64,000 nt of DNA, from assembly GCA_944324635.1 (NCBI GenBank), contig CALUXC010000005.1, forward strand, positions 4,691-68,690, read 5' to 3'. This DNA is from Candidatus Avelusimicrobium intestinipullorum. Lineage in GTDB: Bacteria; Elusimicrobiota; Elusimicrobia; Elusimicrobiales; Elusimicrobiaceae. Shown here piece after piece: positions 7,342 through 16,568 of this stretch. The notes under the pieces were generated by a model that searched no databases, had not been told where the DNA came from, and saw only the letters and a program-made list of their open reading frames with translations. Position 1 is the first letter of the stretch, and each line of letters starts with the position of its first letter. A program made the translations under genes and the position numbers.

Positions 7342-8673
7342 TCACAGCCCGTCCGCCTTCCAGCGCAGTTTGCGGCCGGCTAAAACAAAAGCATAATCAA
7401 ACCCGGTTTTTTGAGCCAATAGGCGGGCGTCCGAACCCGTCCAATAATGCAAGGACGTTTCCTTGCGTACTGTAAAAAACGGGTCATTATCCCCCCACAC
7501 TACGGACAGAGTATTCATGCGCGCCGGCACCAAAGGCGACAGCTCCACCACTACCGGCTGTTCGCTGGCAAAAAATTTAGGAATAGAATAAGGCACCACC
7601 CAAGAGGTATGCCCCATTCCGGCATACACAATAAATAAAGCGTCCGGATCCGTTCGGCGGATATCCGCCATTTTTCGTTCCATCACACGGGCCCAGGTTT
7701 GATTGCGAAGCATAATTGCCCGCGGAGAATTTTTTTCAGCCGCCAGGGGGCTTTCTTCCCGTTCAATCATATGGCATAAGGTGCGGTCCTCCAAGGGATA
7801 CACATCCACCCCGTTGCGCACCAAAGTAGCAAATAGCGACTTAGCATACCCCACACGCAAGTACAAATCTTCATCGCCCAGTTTCTCAAGCGGCTCTTGG
7901 GTTACTTGGCGATAATACGTCTCGGTGGTGGCATGGCCGGGGGCCATATGCTCGGGCAAATCCACAAACTCCGTAAACAACACAATCCGCCTTCCGGGCT
8001 GCAAGCGCTGTATTTCCAGCACCAATTCTTCCACCGCGTTTTGAATACCGGGGATATAGTGCATTTCTCCCAGCATAACCATTTTTTCATGGGACAATTT
8101 TTCCGCCAGCAGGAAAAGAGCTTCCGCCCCGCTCTGGCTTTCCATTTCCGCTTTGCCGCGTTGAGGGCGGTCTTCCAGCCAATGCAATTTTTGAATTAAA
8201 TGTTTTAAGCCCACTAAAACCAGTCGGTTATTTTTAACGGAAAAGGAGGAAGGCACCGTCGCAGGCAAGTAATACCCCAAAAACACCGGGTGCGAAGACA
8301 AACGGGGATATGTATTTAACAAAAGTTGAATTTCCGCCAGCAAATCATCATGCATATCCGGCAGGGAAAGTTCCGGCAGCAAAAGTTTTTTGTGAAGATG
8401 TATATTTTGTTTAAGCAAAACATCCTGCTGCACCAGTTCTTGGGCGGGAAGGGGCTGCATGGCAGCGAGCTCTCGTTTTTTACGAAGAGCTTCCTGCATT
8501 TTACGCTGAAGCTGGGCGGAAAAACCGGGCGGAATACGCCGCTGAATGGCAGGCGGGAAGAACTGCGGGGACGCAAGCATTAAGCGGGCCGCCTGCACGC
8601 TATTTCGTTGTGCATATACCGTTGTAGCCAGCAAAAGACACCATGTAAGCACCCCTATTTTTTTCATTTTCAA
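7342..8673 (-). CDS. Secreted protein with a C-terminal EreA/ChaN/Tiki-like domain
   Basis: Signal peptide; VMLGEMH, VLFTEF, RNQTW and IVYAGMGH motifs in the order seen in the ChaN/EreA fold. Confidence 0.55.
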   Translation of the reverse strand: MKMKKIGVLTWCLLLATTVYAQRNSVQAARLMLASPQFFPPAIQRRIPPGFSAQLQRKMQEALRKKRELAAMQPLPAQELVQQDVLLKQNIHLHKKLLLPELSLPDMHDDLLAEIQLLLNTYPRLSSHPVFLGYYLPATVPSSFSVKNNRLVLVGLKHLIQKLHWLEDRPQRGKAEMESQSGAEALFLLAEKLSHEKMVMLGEMHYIPGIQNAVEELVLEIQRLQPGRRIVLFTEFVDLPEHMAPGHATTETYYRQVTQEPLEKLGDEDLYLRVGYAKSLFATLVRNGVDVYPLEDRTLCHMIEREESPLAAEKNSPRAIMLRNQTWARVMERKMADIRRTDPDALFIVYAGMGHTSWVVPYSIPKFFASEQPVVVELSPLVPARMNTLSVVWGDNDPFFTVRKETSLHYWTGSDARLLAQKTGFDYAFVLAGRKLRWKADGL

Positions 8674-8981
8674 CCAGCCTTCCCTTCAAGCGAGTATAAA
8701 AAGCATATTTTATTAATATAGTATTTTTGCCCCCTTCACACTAGAAATATTTTGAAATGGCAGATCTTAAAGTTATATTTCGGTTTCTTTTTTATTAGTT
8801 TCCAACCCTTTTCCACGCACTCGTTTTGAGGGTTCAAAACCCGCTATTTTGCGGTCTTATTTCACGGCAATACTGCCTCCTAAAAAAGGGGAATTTTCCC
8901 TATACAATACCTATTTTTCACACCTTGTCTTTATAAGAAAATTTCTTGTAATATATATAAGGACGTAATGTTTATTAATTT

Positions 8982-9479
8982 ATGAAAAAGAATACTGGGT
9001 TTACATTAATAGAGGTCTTAGTCGTGGTGTTAATTGTAGGCACACTGGCAACGGTCGCTCTCCCGCAATACGAACGTGCCGTGATGCGCAGCCGCGCGTC
9101 TGAAATTTGGGCCATCTTGCCGACGGTACGCTCCGCCGCGCAGGAGTATTGTTTGGCCAATGGAGGGACTTATGGCAACATACCGGTGGAAGACCTGTCC
9201 GTTTCCTTCCCTTCCCATATGAAAACAACGGCATTTTCCTGCTCCAGCTGTTGGTCTTTTGCTTCTGGCTACGGGCAAGTGTCCGGGGCGCTGCTTCTGA
9301 ACGGGAAAAAGGTGGACGATAATATTACCTCGGAAGACTTTGTACAGCTAACGCTGGGACAAAATGGTTCTCGTTCGTGTGAAGGGACAAAGAGCAATTG
9401 TAAGAAATTGGGATTTTCAAAAGGGGATGTCTATTGCAGCTCCGGTGGGTGCTCCAGCACGGGTTCTTTTACCGAATAG
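8982..9479 (+). CDS. Type IV pilin (PilE-like)
   Basis: Class III signal G|FTLIE, hydrophobic helix, LPQYERAV, Cys-rich C-terminus. Confidence 0.9.
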   Translation: MKKNTGFTLIEVLVVVLIVGTLATVALPQYERAVMRSRASEIWAILPTVRSAAQEYCLANGGTYGNIPVEDLSVSFPSHMKTTAFSCSSCWSFASGYGQVSGALLLNGKKVDDNITSEDFVQLTLGQNGSRSCEGTKSNCKKLGFSKGDVYCSSGGCSSTGSFTE

Positions 9480-9494
9480 AGCAGAAATTTATAA

Positions 9495-9524
9495 TAGGGG
9501 AAGGAAGTTTCCTTCTCCTATTAA
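9495..9524 (+). terminator. Hairpin after the pilin gene
   Basis: AATAGGGGAAGGA-AGTT-TCCTTCTCCTATT. Confidence 0.55.
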
Positions 9525-9652
9525 ATTTAAGGCCCCCATCGGGGCCGTATTAATGTGCATGTGCTTTCTTAGCCGAGCGTTTACACGCTTTCCTAAGGCA
9601 TTTTTCTCACCAAAGGATACCTTTATTGGAAACTGCCGTACACTTTATAACC

Positions 9653-11293
9653 ATGAAATTTTTGTTATCTTTTAAGCGCCGTTTGCAGGACTCATCTGTA
9701 TTATCCAACAGTTTATTGCTGCTGGCGTGTTTGCTCGCGAGCGGCGGGCTTAGCATGCTGATGGGGCAGGACGCGTCCATTGATTTATTAAATTACCATC
9801 TTTATAATCCATTTTCCTTGTTAAACGGCCGCTGGGGAACGGATTTGATACCGGCCGGCATGCATTCGTTTTTTAATCCGATTTTAGATGTTCCCTATTA
9901 TGTACTGCTGCATGGCCTAAATGATTTCCCCCGTCTGACGGCTTTTATACAAGGTTGGGGATACGGCCTGTTTTTATTTTTTGCCTGGAAAATATGCGCT
10001 TTATTGTGGCCCGGCTTTTCCAGCGCACAGGAAAAACTTATTCGCTTGAGCGCTTTTATTTTATCGGTCACCGGCACGGCGGCCCTTTCTCAAGTGGGGT
10101 TATCGTCAAACGAAACGCCTTTGGCCGCCGGAGCGGCCTGTGTGTTGTGGCTGCTGCTCAAGCAATATATGTCCGCCGGCTCTTCTATGGGCTGGCTGTG
10201 TGCCTCGTTTTTAACGGGGGCTCTCTTTGGGCTTAAATACACCTTTGGCCCGACGGCTGTGGGATTGGGGGCCGTGGGGCTGTATATCTGGTTCCGCACG
10301 GGACGCAAAGCAAAATTGTTTTGGGGTGCTCTGGCGGGCGGTATAGCCGGTTTTATGCTAAGCAATGGCTGGTTTTTCTTCCGTGCCTGGCACGAAACGG
10401 GAAACCCCTTATTTCCGTATTTCAACGCCATTTTTGGCTCGGCTTTATTTGATTCTATCAACTTGGCAAACGGCATAGGCACGCCCGAAAATTGGAGAGA
10501 ATGGCTTTTCCTTCCTTTCATGCGGCTGGACTGGGGGGTCATAGAACTCCAAACGGATTGGCGCTTAGCACTGGGCTTAGCGGCTTGTGTGGTGTGGCTG
10601 TGCTGGGCCTTGTTTACTCGCCAAAAAGCAGAGCTTTCCATTCCTAACGGGTTTAAGCCGGTGCTTATCTTTTTCCCTATCGCGTATATTTTATGGCTGG
10701 CTTTCTTTAGTGTGATGCGCTACGAAATAATGCTGGATTTTGCGGGCGCCCTGCTCCTGGCCGCCGCTTTGCAGCATTTCCTGGGCAAAACAACCGGCTC
10801 CGCCGTGTGCGCCATAACGGTGCTGGCCCTGCTGGCTACTCCGCCGGTGGATTGGGGCCGCACGGCTTATCAGCCAAAAGCGTTGATGCCGTCTGTCCCG
10901 CCCCTGCAGGAAAATTCTTTGGTTTTGTTAGCGGGGCATGTGTCTTTTTTGGCATTATCCAATCCGCAAGCAACTTATGTAGGCGGCATTTGGTTCCGCC
11001 CGAGCGATTATGAAAACGAACAAAAGTACGCCGCGCGCCAATTAAATATTTTGCAGTCTAACGATTATCGTTTCCATTTTGAAAATCAAATTCGTCAAAA
11101 AGTAAACTCACACAGAGGGCCTCTATACGTAATGGGCCCCAACAGCCCGCTGACGAAACATCCCACCACCTGGGAACGCTACGGTCTGAAACTGGTAAAC
11201 AACGGGAAAGAATGCACCTTTTTTACCAGCAATATAGATTCTTTTTACGGCGGATTTTTGTTGTGCCCCGCGCAAAAGCGCCACCAAAACTAA
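9653..11293 (+). CDS. Polytopic membrane protein, putative GT-C-fold glycosyltransferase
   Basis: About a dozen hydrophobic segments; acidic loop motif DLLNYHLYN after TM1; GLKYT and GNPLFPYFN motifs; soluble C-terminal domain; start taken as ATG 9653. Confidence 0.55.
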   Translation: MKFLLSFKRRLQDSSVLSNSLLLLACLLASGGLSMLMGQDASIDLLNYHLYNPFSLLNGRWGTDLIPAGMHSFFNPILDVPYYVLLHGLNDFPRLTAFIQGWGYGLFLFFAWKICALLWPGFSSAQEKLIRLSAFILSVTGTAALSQVGLSSNETPLAAGAACVLWLLLKQYMSAGSSMGWLCASFLTGALFGLKYTFGPTAVGLGAVGLYIWFRTGRKAKLFWGALAGGIAGFMLSNGWFFFRAWHETGNPLFPYFNAIFGSALFDSINLANGIGTPENWREWLFLPFMRLDWGVIELQTDWRLALGLAACVVWLCWALFTRQKAELSIPNGFKPVLIFFPIAYILWLAFFSVMRYEIMLDFAGALLLAAALQHFLGKTTGSAVCAITVLALLATPPVDWGRTAYQPKALMPSVPPLQENSLVLLAGHVSFLALSNPQATYVGGIWFRPSDYENEQKYAARQLNILQSNDYRFHFENQIRQKVNSHRGPLYVMGPNSPLTKHPTTWERYGLKLVNNGKECTFFTSNIDSFYGGFLLCPAQKRHQN

Positions 11294-11380
11294 GCCTAAT
11301 CTCCCCCTGCCCAAATTGTTAAAAAGAAGGTGCCGCTCCTGCGGCGCCGTAAAGGCGGGCCCCTGCGTATTAAAACTATT

Positions 11381-12499
11381 TTATTTCTCCGCTGGCAAAG
11401 CCTTCACCCCTGCTTTCAAAGGCGGCTGTTGAGCCAATTTGCGCTGAAAGCGCCGTATATGGCGCGAATCAATCCGCTTTAGCTGCTCCAGCATCCAGCC
11501 CGGGTCGGCATCTAAATTAAACAGCGGAATCACAATATCCGCCCCCGCCGCAAACGCACGGTTCATTTGTTCGGCCGGTTCCAAAAATCCGGTCTGCTCC
11601 GAAGCGTACATATTTAGCGCGTCGGGGATAATAAATCCGTCAAAGTTTAATTCTTGGCGCACGAAGCGATAAAATGCAGGCGAATAGGTGGAAACTGTTT
11701 TTGGATCTATGGCAGTATAATGCGCGTGAGCCGTCATCAAAAAAGGCCAGTCAGACGCGGAGGAAAAGGGCACCAAAAGCCGGGAGATGATTTCTTGCTG
11801 TGGCAGGGTAACGGTTTGCTGTTCGTAGTGCGGGTCCGACGATACGGCAGAATCTCCCACGGCATGTTTGTAACAGGGGATTACCCCTCCGTCCGCAAGC
11901 CCGCGTGCATATGCGTCGGCCAGCGTTTTCACCACCTGAATATCCGAAGAAAAATAGCGGCTTTTTAGCGGTGCGTTTTCCCCTTGCGGCATTTGCTCCG
12001 CCAGCGGAGCAAATACCACGTCTATCGTGCGCGATTTCAAAAATTGCCCCGTTCTTAACCCATATTCATACACGGCTTTTTCGGCTTTGGCCAAATCTTT
12101 CTCGGCTTGTTTTCCAAAGGTAGCAGGAGCCGGAGCCCGAAAAGAAGGATCATATTGTTTAATGCGGTTCACCTTGCCGCCTTCTTGGTCTATAAAAAAC
12201 AAGAAATCCTTCCGCCCCAACGCTTGTTCCAATTCTTTGCGCAGGGTGCGCGGATCCAAATCCGTGCGGGAAGGGAGCCCCAACAAAAATCCATAGGGAT
12301 TTGCCTGGCGGAAGAAATCTTTATCCAGACTCGTCAGCGGGTAGCGATTAATTAACAAAAGAACCGGGCGCAGCGGCGGCGCAGGTTCCGGCCAGCATTT
12401 TACAATCCCCCACACGGCGCCCGCCACCGCCAAAAGCACCACCCAAAAAAGCATGGAGCGCTTTTTCGTTAAATAGTTTTCCAAAAAATCTTTTCCCAT
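11381..12499 (-). CDS. nagZ: GH3 beta-N-acetylhexosaminidase, N-terminally anchored
   Basis: FIDQEGGKVNR, CYKHAVG..SDPH, MTAH, IIPDALNM. Confidence 0.75.
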   Translation of the reverse strand: MGKDFLENYLTKKRSMLFWVVLLAVAGAVWGIVKCWPEPAPPLRPVLLLINRYPLTSLDKDFFRQANPYGFLLGLPSRTDLDPRTLRKELEQALGRKDFLFFIDQEGGKVNRIKQYDPSFRAPAPATFGKQAEKDLAKAEKAVYEYGLRTGQFLKSRTIDVVFAPLAEQMPQGENAPLKSRYFSSDIQVVKTLADAYARGLADGGVIPCYKHAVGDSAVSSDPHYEQQTVTLPQQEIISRLLVPFSSASDWPFLMTAHAHYTAIDPKTVSTYSPAFYRFVRQELNFDGFIIPDALNMYASEQTGFLEPAEQMNRAFAAGADIVIPLFNLDADPGWMLEQLKRIDSRHIRRFQRKLAQQPPLKAGVKALPAEK

Positions 12500-12648
12500 G
12501 TTGTTTGTCCCATCTAAAAAATCTCGCTTCTAAACTATACACAATTTTTAGAACACGCAACAGTTGCCCCGACTAGGAACGCTATCTAATGCAAATTTAT
12601 CCGCCTTACATTTACTTTTCTTTTTTATAATGGACATAGGGAGGATGT

Positions 12649-13743
12649 ATGAAAAAATTATTGTCTTTAACGCTTACTTGCGCGCTTTTATTAGCCTACG
12701 GCGCGCCGGCCCAGGCCTGCACGGGCATTTTGTTTGCCACGCAGGACGGTGCCAAACTGCAAGCCCGCACCATTGAGTGGGGTGGATTCTCGCTGGAGAG
12801 CAAACTGGTGATTATGCCCCGTGGGGGACAAAACACCTCGCTGACGCCGCAAGGTAAAAACGGCCTGTCTTGGAAAAACAAATACGGCGCGGTGGGCATT
12901 AGCGTGGTGCAGGACCCGTTTATCGGAGAAGGCGTAAACGAAAAAGGACTGGCCGCCGGGATTTTTTATTTTTCCGGTTACGGCAGCTTAGCGTCTTACA
13001 ATCCGAAGCGGGCCAAAAAATCCGTGGCGGACGTGGAACTGGTCCGCTGGCTGTTAACTAATTTTTCCACGGTGGAAGAAGCTATCAAAGGGCTTAAAAA
13101 AATAGACATTATCAGCATTTATCCTCCGCAGGAAGGGCAGCAGGACTCTTCTACCGGGCATTGGCGCATTTCCGACGCCACGGGCCGCAGCATTGTGCTG
13201 GAAATTGAAAACAACGGCCAACGCCATATTTACGAAAATACCGTTGGCGTGCTGACAAACTCTCCTTCTTTCCCGTGGCAGGTCACTCACCTTAACAACT
13301 ACGTCCACCTGCAGGCGGGCGGCGTGACGCCCCAAACCTACGGCAAAACCAAACTCTCCGCTTTTGGGGCCGGTGCCGGCATGTGGGGCCTGCCGGGGGA
13401 TATTACGCCTCCGTCCCGTTTTGTGCGGGCATTTTTCTACCTGCACACCGCGCCTACCGCTCCTACCGCACAGACGGGCGTATTGCAGGCCTTTCATATT
13501 TTGAACAACTTTGATATCCCCATTGGGGTGGAATTTGCCGCAGGCGAAAAAATACCGGATTTGCCCAGCGCCACCCAATGGACCAGCGTCACCGACATGA
13601 CACACCCCGCGTTTTATTACCGCACGATGAACAATAGCCAAATCCGAAAAGTGGATTTGAAAAAAATTGATTTTTCGTCGGTAAAAGCGCAGGCACTGCC
13701 GCTGGATAAAGAGCCGGAACAAATAGAAGAACTGACGTTTTAA
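12649..13743 (+). CDS. Choloylglycine hydrolase / penicillin V acylase family Ntn-hydrolase with signal peptide
   Basis: Signal peptide ending AQA followed by catalytic N-terminal CTG; ARTIEW, GVNEKGL, GVLTNSP, LPGDITPPSRF. Confidence 0.9.
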   Translation: MKKLLSLTLTCALLLAYGAPAQACTGILFATQDGAKLQARTIEWGGFSLESKLVIMPRGGQNTSLTPQGKNGLSWKNKYGAVGISVVQDPFIGEGVNEKGLAAGIFYFSGYGSLASYNPKRAKKSVADVELVRWLLTNFSTVEEAIKGLKKIDIISIYPPQEGQQDSSTGHWRISDATGRSIVLEIENNGQRHIYENTVGVLTNSPSFPWQVTHLNNYVHLQAGGVTPQTYGKTKLSAFGAGAGMWGLPGDITPPSRFVRAFFYLHTAPTAPTAQTGVLQAFHILNNFDIPIGVEFAAGEKIPDLPSATQWTSVTDMTHPAFYYRTMNNSQIRKVDLKKIDFSSVKAQALPLDKEPEQIEELTF

Positions 13744-13756
13744 CGGCACTTAAAAC

Positions 13757-13791
13757 AAAAAATCCTCCGCCTAACAAGCGGAGGATTTTTT
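13757..13791. terminator. Bidirectional intrinsic terminator
   Basis: AAAAAATCCTCCGC / GCGGAGGATTTTTT between convergent genes. Confidence 0.85.
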
Positions 13792-13808
13792 ATACCGTTT
13801 TATTTTTC

Positions 13809-14813
13809 TTACAAATGCGCAATAACGGCTTGAGCAAACTCTTCGGTAGAAGCGTTTCCGCCCAAATCAAACGTCAGCGTTTTTCCTTCCTGCAACACGG
13901 CCGTCAGGGCCGCCTCTATCTGCTGGGCACGAGGCGTTTCCCCCAAGTGGCGAAGCATCAGGCACGCGCTAAGAAGAAGCGCCGTAGGGTTGGCTTTGTG
14001 CTGCCCTGCCAGCGTGGGACTGCTTCCGTGAACGGCTTCAAATACGGCCGCTTTTTGCCCGATATTAGCTCCCGGTGCAACACCCAATCCGCCCGTCAGT
14101 CCGGCCGCTAGGTCGGATACGATGTCCCCATACAAGTTAGGCAACACCAGCACGTCATAAATTTCGGGATTAATCACCAGCTGCATGCACAAGTTATCCA
14201 CCAACACTTCCTCATAGGCAACCTGCGGATAATCCTGCGCCACCCGGCGTACCGCTTCCAGAAAAAGACCGTCGGAAAATTTGCAAATATTGGCTTTGCT
14301 GACGGCCGTTACTTTGCGGCGGTTATTTTTAACGGCATATTCAAACGCGTAGCGCGCAATTCTTTCGGACGCACCGCGCGTAATGCGTTTAATGGATTCG
14401 GCGGTATCGTCATCAATTTTGCGTTCAATGCCGGCGTACAGATCTTCGGTATTTTCGCGCACGATCACCAAATCCACCTGCGAGTAGCGGCTTTTTACGC
14501 CCGGCAATGTTTTGGCGGGGCGCACACAGGCGTACAGGTCCAGCTCTTTGCGAAGGGCCACATTTACACTGCGAAAACCTTTCCCTATCGGCGTGGTGAT
14601 AGGACCTTTTAAGGCCACTTTATTTTTGGCGATGCTGTCCAACACCCGCTGCGGCAGAACAGAGCCTTCCGCTTCCAACACGGCCGCACCGGCGGCTTGT
14701 TCTTCCCAGCGAATGGGCGCGCCCGCCGCTTCCAACACGGAAACCACCGCACGGGTAATTTCGGGGCCGATCCCGTCGCCGGGAATTAACGTAACCATAT
14801 ATTCTTTCGTCAT
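13809..14813 (-). CDS. Isocitrate / homoisocitrate dehydrogenase (beta-decarboxylating dehydrogenase family)
   Basis: IPGDGIGPE, RSVNVALR (ICDH-type Ser/Asn), RENTEDLY, NLYGDIVSDL, FEAVHGSSP. Confidence 0.85.
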   Translation of the reverse strand: MTKEYMVTLIPGDGIGPEITRAVVSVLEAAGAPIRWEEQAAGAAVLEAEGSVLPQRVLDSIAKNKVALKGPITTPIGKGFRSVNVALRKELDLYACVRPAKTLPGVKSRYSQVDLVIVRENTEDLYAGIERKIDDDTAESIKRITRGASERIARYAFEYAVKNNRRKVTAVSKANICKFSDGLFLEAVRRVAQDYPQVAYEEVLVDNLCMQLVINPEIYDVLVLPNLYGDIVSDLAAGLTGGLGVAPGANIGQKAAVFEAVHGSSPTLAGQHKANPTALLLSACLMLRHLGETPRAQQIEAALTAVLQEGKTLTFDLGGNASTEEFAQAVIAHL

Positions 14814-15310
14814 ACCAAATCAAACCCGCCGTGTTTTTTGATGTGCGCCATCAGGCCGCCTTCGTTTAAGATTTTAATCATCACGTCCGGCAGGGGCGTA
14901 ACGGGGATATCAATTTTTTGCGTCAGGTTGTGCACCACACCGGCTTTCACGTCCACGGCCAGTTCGTCCCCCGCGTTGATTTTATCGGTATCACATTCCA
15001 CCAGCAACAGCCCGATATTGATGGCGTTGCGGAAGAAAATGCGCGCAAAACTTTTAGCCAGCACCGCATTCACGCCCGCCAGCTTAATGATGGTGGGAGC
15101 GTGTTCACGCGAAGAACCCAAACCAAAATTTTTCCCCGCTACCACAAAATCGCCTTTTTGCATGGAAGAAGCAAACGCCGGGTCGGCATCTTCCAGCACG
15201 TGTTTGGCCATTTCGGGCAAGTTGCTGCGCAAGTGGAACAAACGGCCGGGAGCGATATGGTCCGTACTGATATCGTCTCCAAATTTCCAAGCTTTTCCTT
15301 TCAATTCCAT
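14810..15310 (-). CDS. LeuD/HacB-type aconitase-family small subunit
   Basis: DDISTDHIAPG, HLRS specificity loop, NFGLGSSREHA, SFARIFFRN. Confidence 0.9.
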   Translation of the reverse strand: MELKGKAWKFGDDISTDHIAPGRLFHLRSNLPEMAKHVLEDADPAFASSMQKGDFVVAGKNFGLGSSREHAPTIIKLAGVNAVLAKSFARIFFRNAINIGLLLVECDTDKINAGDELAVDVKAGVVHNLTQKIDIPVTPLPDVMIKILNEGGLMAHIKKHGGFDLV

Positions 15311-15311
15311 A

Positions 15312-16568
15312 TTAAATAATCCCCCTGGGGTCGGTAATGTGTCCGCTCAGCGCGCTGGCAGCGGCCACGGCGGGACTGCACAAATAAATAAAACCTTTGG
15401 TGTTGCCCATGCGGCCTTGGAAATTGCGGTTCTGGGTGGAAAGGCACACTTCGCCGTCCCCCAAAATGCCGCCATGCACCCCTACGCAGGGGCCGCAGCC
15501 CGGCGTTTGGACAGAGGCGCCGCTCTGCACAAAAATTTCAATCAGGCCTTCTTTAAGCGCCTGCAACATCACATCGCGCGAGGCGGGCGTGATAAACAAA
15601 CGCACGCCGGGGGCCACCTTTTTGTCTTTCAAAATGGCCGCCGCAATGCGCAAATCTTCAATGCGCCCGTTGGTACAGGTGCCGATGTAAATTTGATTTA
15701 CTTTTACGTCCGCCAGTTCTTTGGCCTTTTGGACATTGTCCACTTTATGCGGGCAGGAAACCGTCGGCTCCAGGGAAGCGGCGTCTATTTCAATTACGCG
15801 CTCGTAAACGGCGCCTTCGTCCGCCTTTACTTCTTTGAATTTGTCGCCGCGGCCGTGTTCCTGCAGGTATTTTTTGGTCTTTTCGTCGGTAGCAATCAAT
15901 CCCGCCTTGGCGCCGGCTTCCACCGCCATGTTAGACAGGGTAAACCGATCCGCCATTTCCATATTTTCAATCGTATCGCCGCAAAATTCCAACGCTTTGT
16001 ACGTAGCGCCGTCCGCCCCGATTAATCCAATCAGGTGCAAGATTAAGTCCTTGGCGCCCACGCCCGGCTGGAATTTGCCCGTAACTTTAATTTGGAACGT
16101 AGCCGGCACTTTCAGCCAGGTTTTCCCTATCGCCATGCCGACGGCCACGTCCGTAGAGCCCATGCCGGTGGCAAACGCGCCCAACGCACCGGAAGTGCAG
16201 GTGTGCGAATCCGCCCCGATTAAAATTTCACCCGGGTTTACGTATTTTTCCACCAACAATTGGTGGCATACGCCTTCGCCAATTTCGGACAACACCGCCC
16301 CCGTGCGTTTGGCAAACTCACGCAGGACTACATGCGTGTTGGAAAGTTCCTTGCGCGGGCTGGGGGCAGCGTGATCAATAAATAAAATGGTGCGGGCCGG
16401 GTTCTTGACGGTTGTAAATCCGGCTTTTTCCAATTCGGCCACGGTCAAAGGGCCGGTTCCGTCCTGCACGGCGGTAACGTCCACGTCGGCCACGACGAAA
16501 TCTCCCGCGCGTACGGGCGCGGCGGTGTGCGCGGAAATAATTTTTTCCGCTAAGGTTTGTTTAAGCAT
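15312..16568 (-). CDS. LeuC/HacA-type aconitase-family large subunit
   Basis: GVCHQ, GADSHTCT, IGTCTNGRIEDL, PGCGPCVG, STQNRNFQGRMG. Confidence 0.9.
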   Translation of the reverse strand: MLKQTLAEKIISAHTAAPVRAGDFVVADVDVTAVQDGTGPLTVAELEKAGFTTVKNPARTILFIDHAAPSPRKELSNTHVVLREFAKRTGAVLSEIGEGVCHQLLVEKYVNPGEILIGADSHTCTSGALGAFATGMGSTDVAVGMAIGKTWLKVPATFQIKVTGKFQPGVGAKDLILHLIGLIGADGATYKALEFCGDTIENMEMADRFTLSNMAVEAGAKAGLIATDEKTKKYLQEHGRGDKFKEVKADEGAVYERVIEIDAASLEPTVSCPHKVDNVQKAKELADVKVNQIYIGTCTNGRIEDLRIAAAILKDKKVAPGVRLFITPASRDVMLQALKEGLIEIFVQSGASVQTPGCGPCVGVHGGILGDGEVCLSTQNRNFQGRMGNTKGFIYLCSPAVAAASALSGHITDPRGII

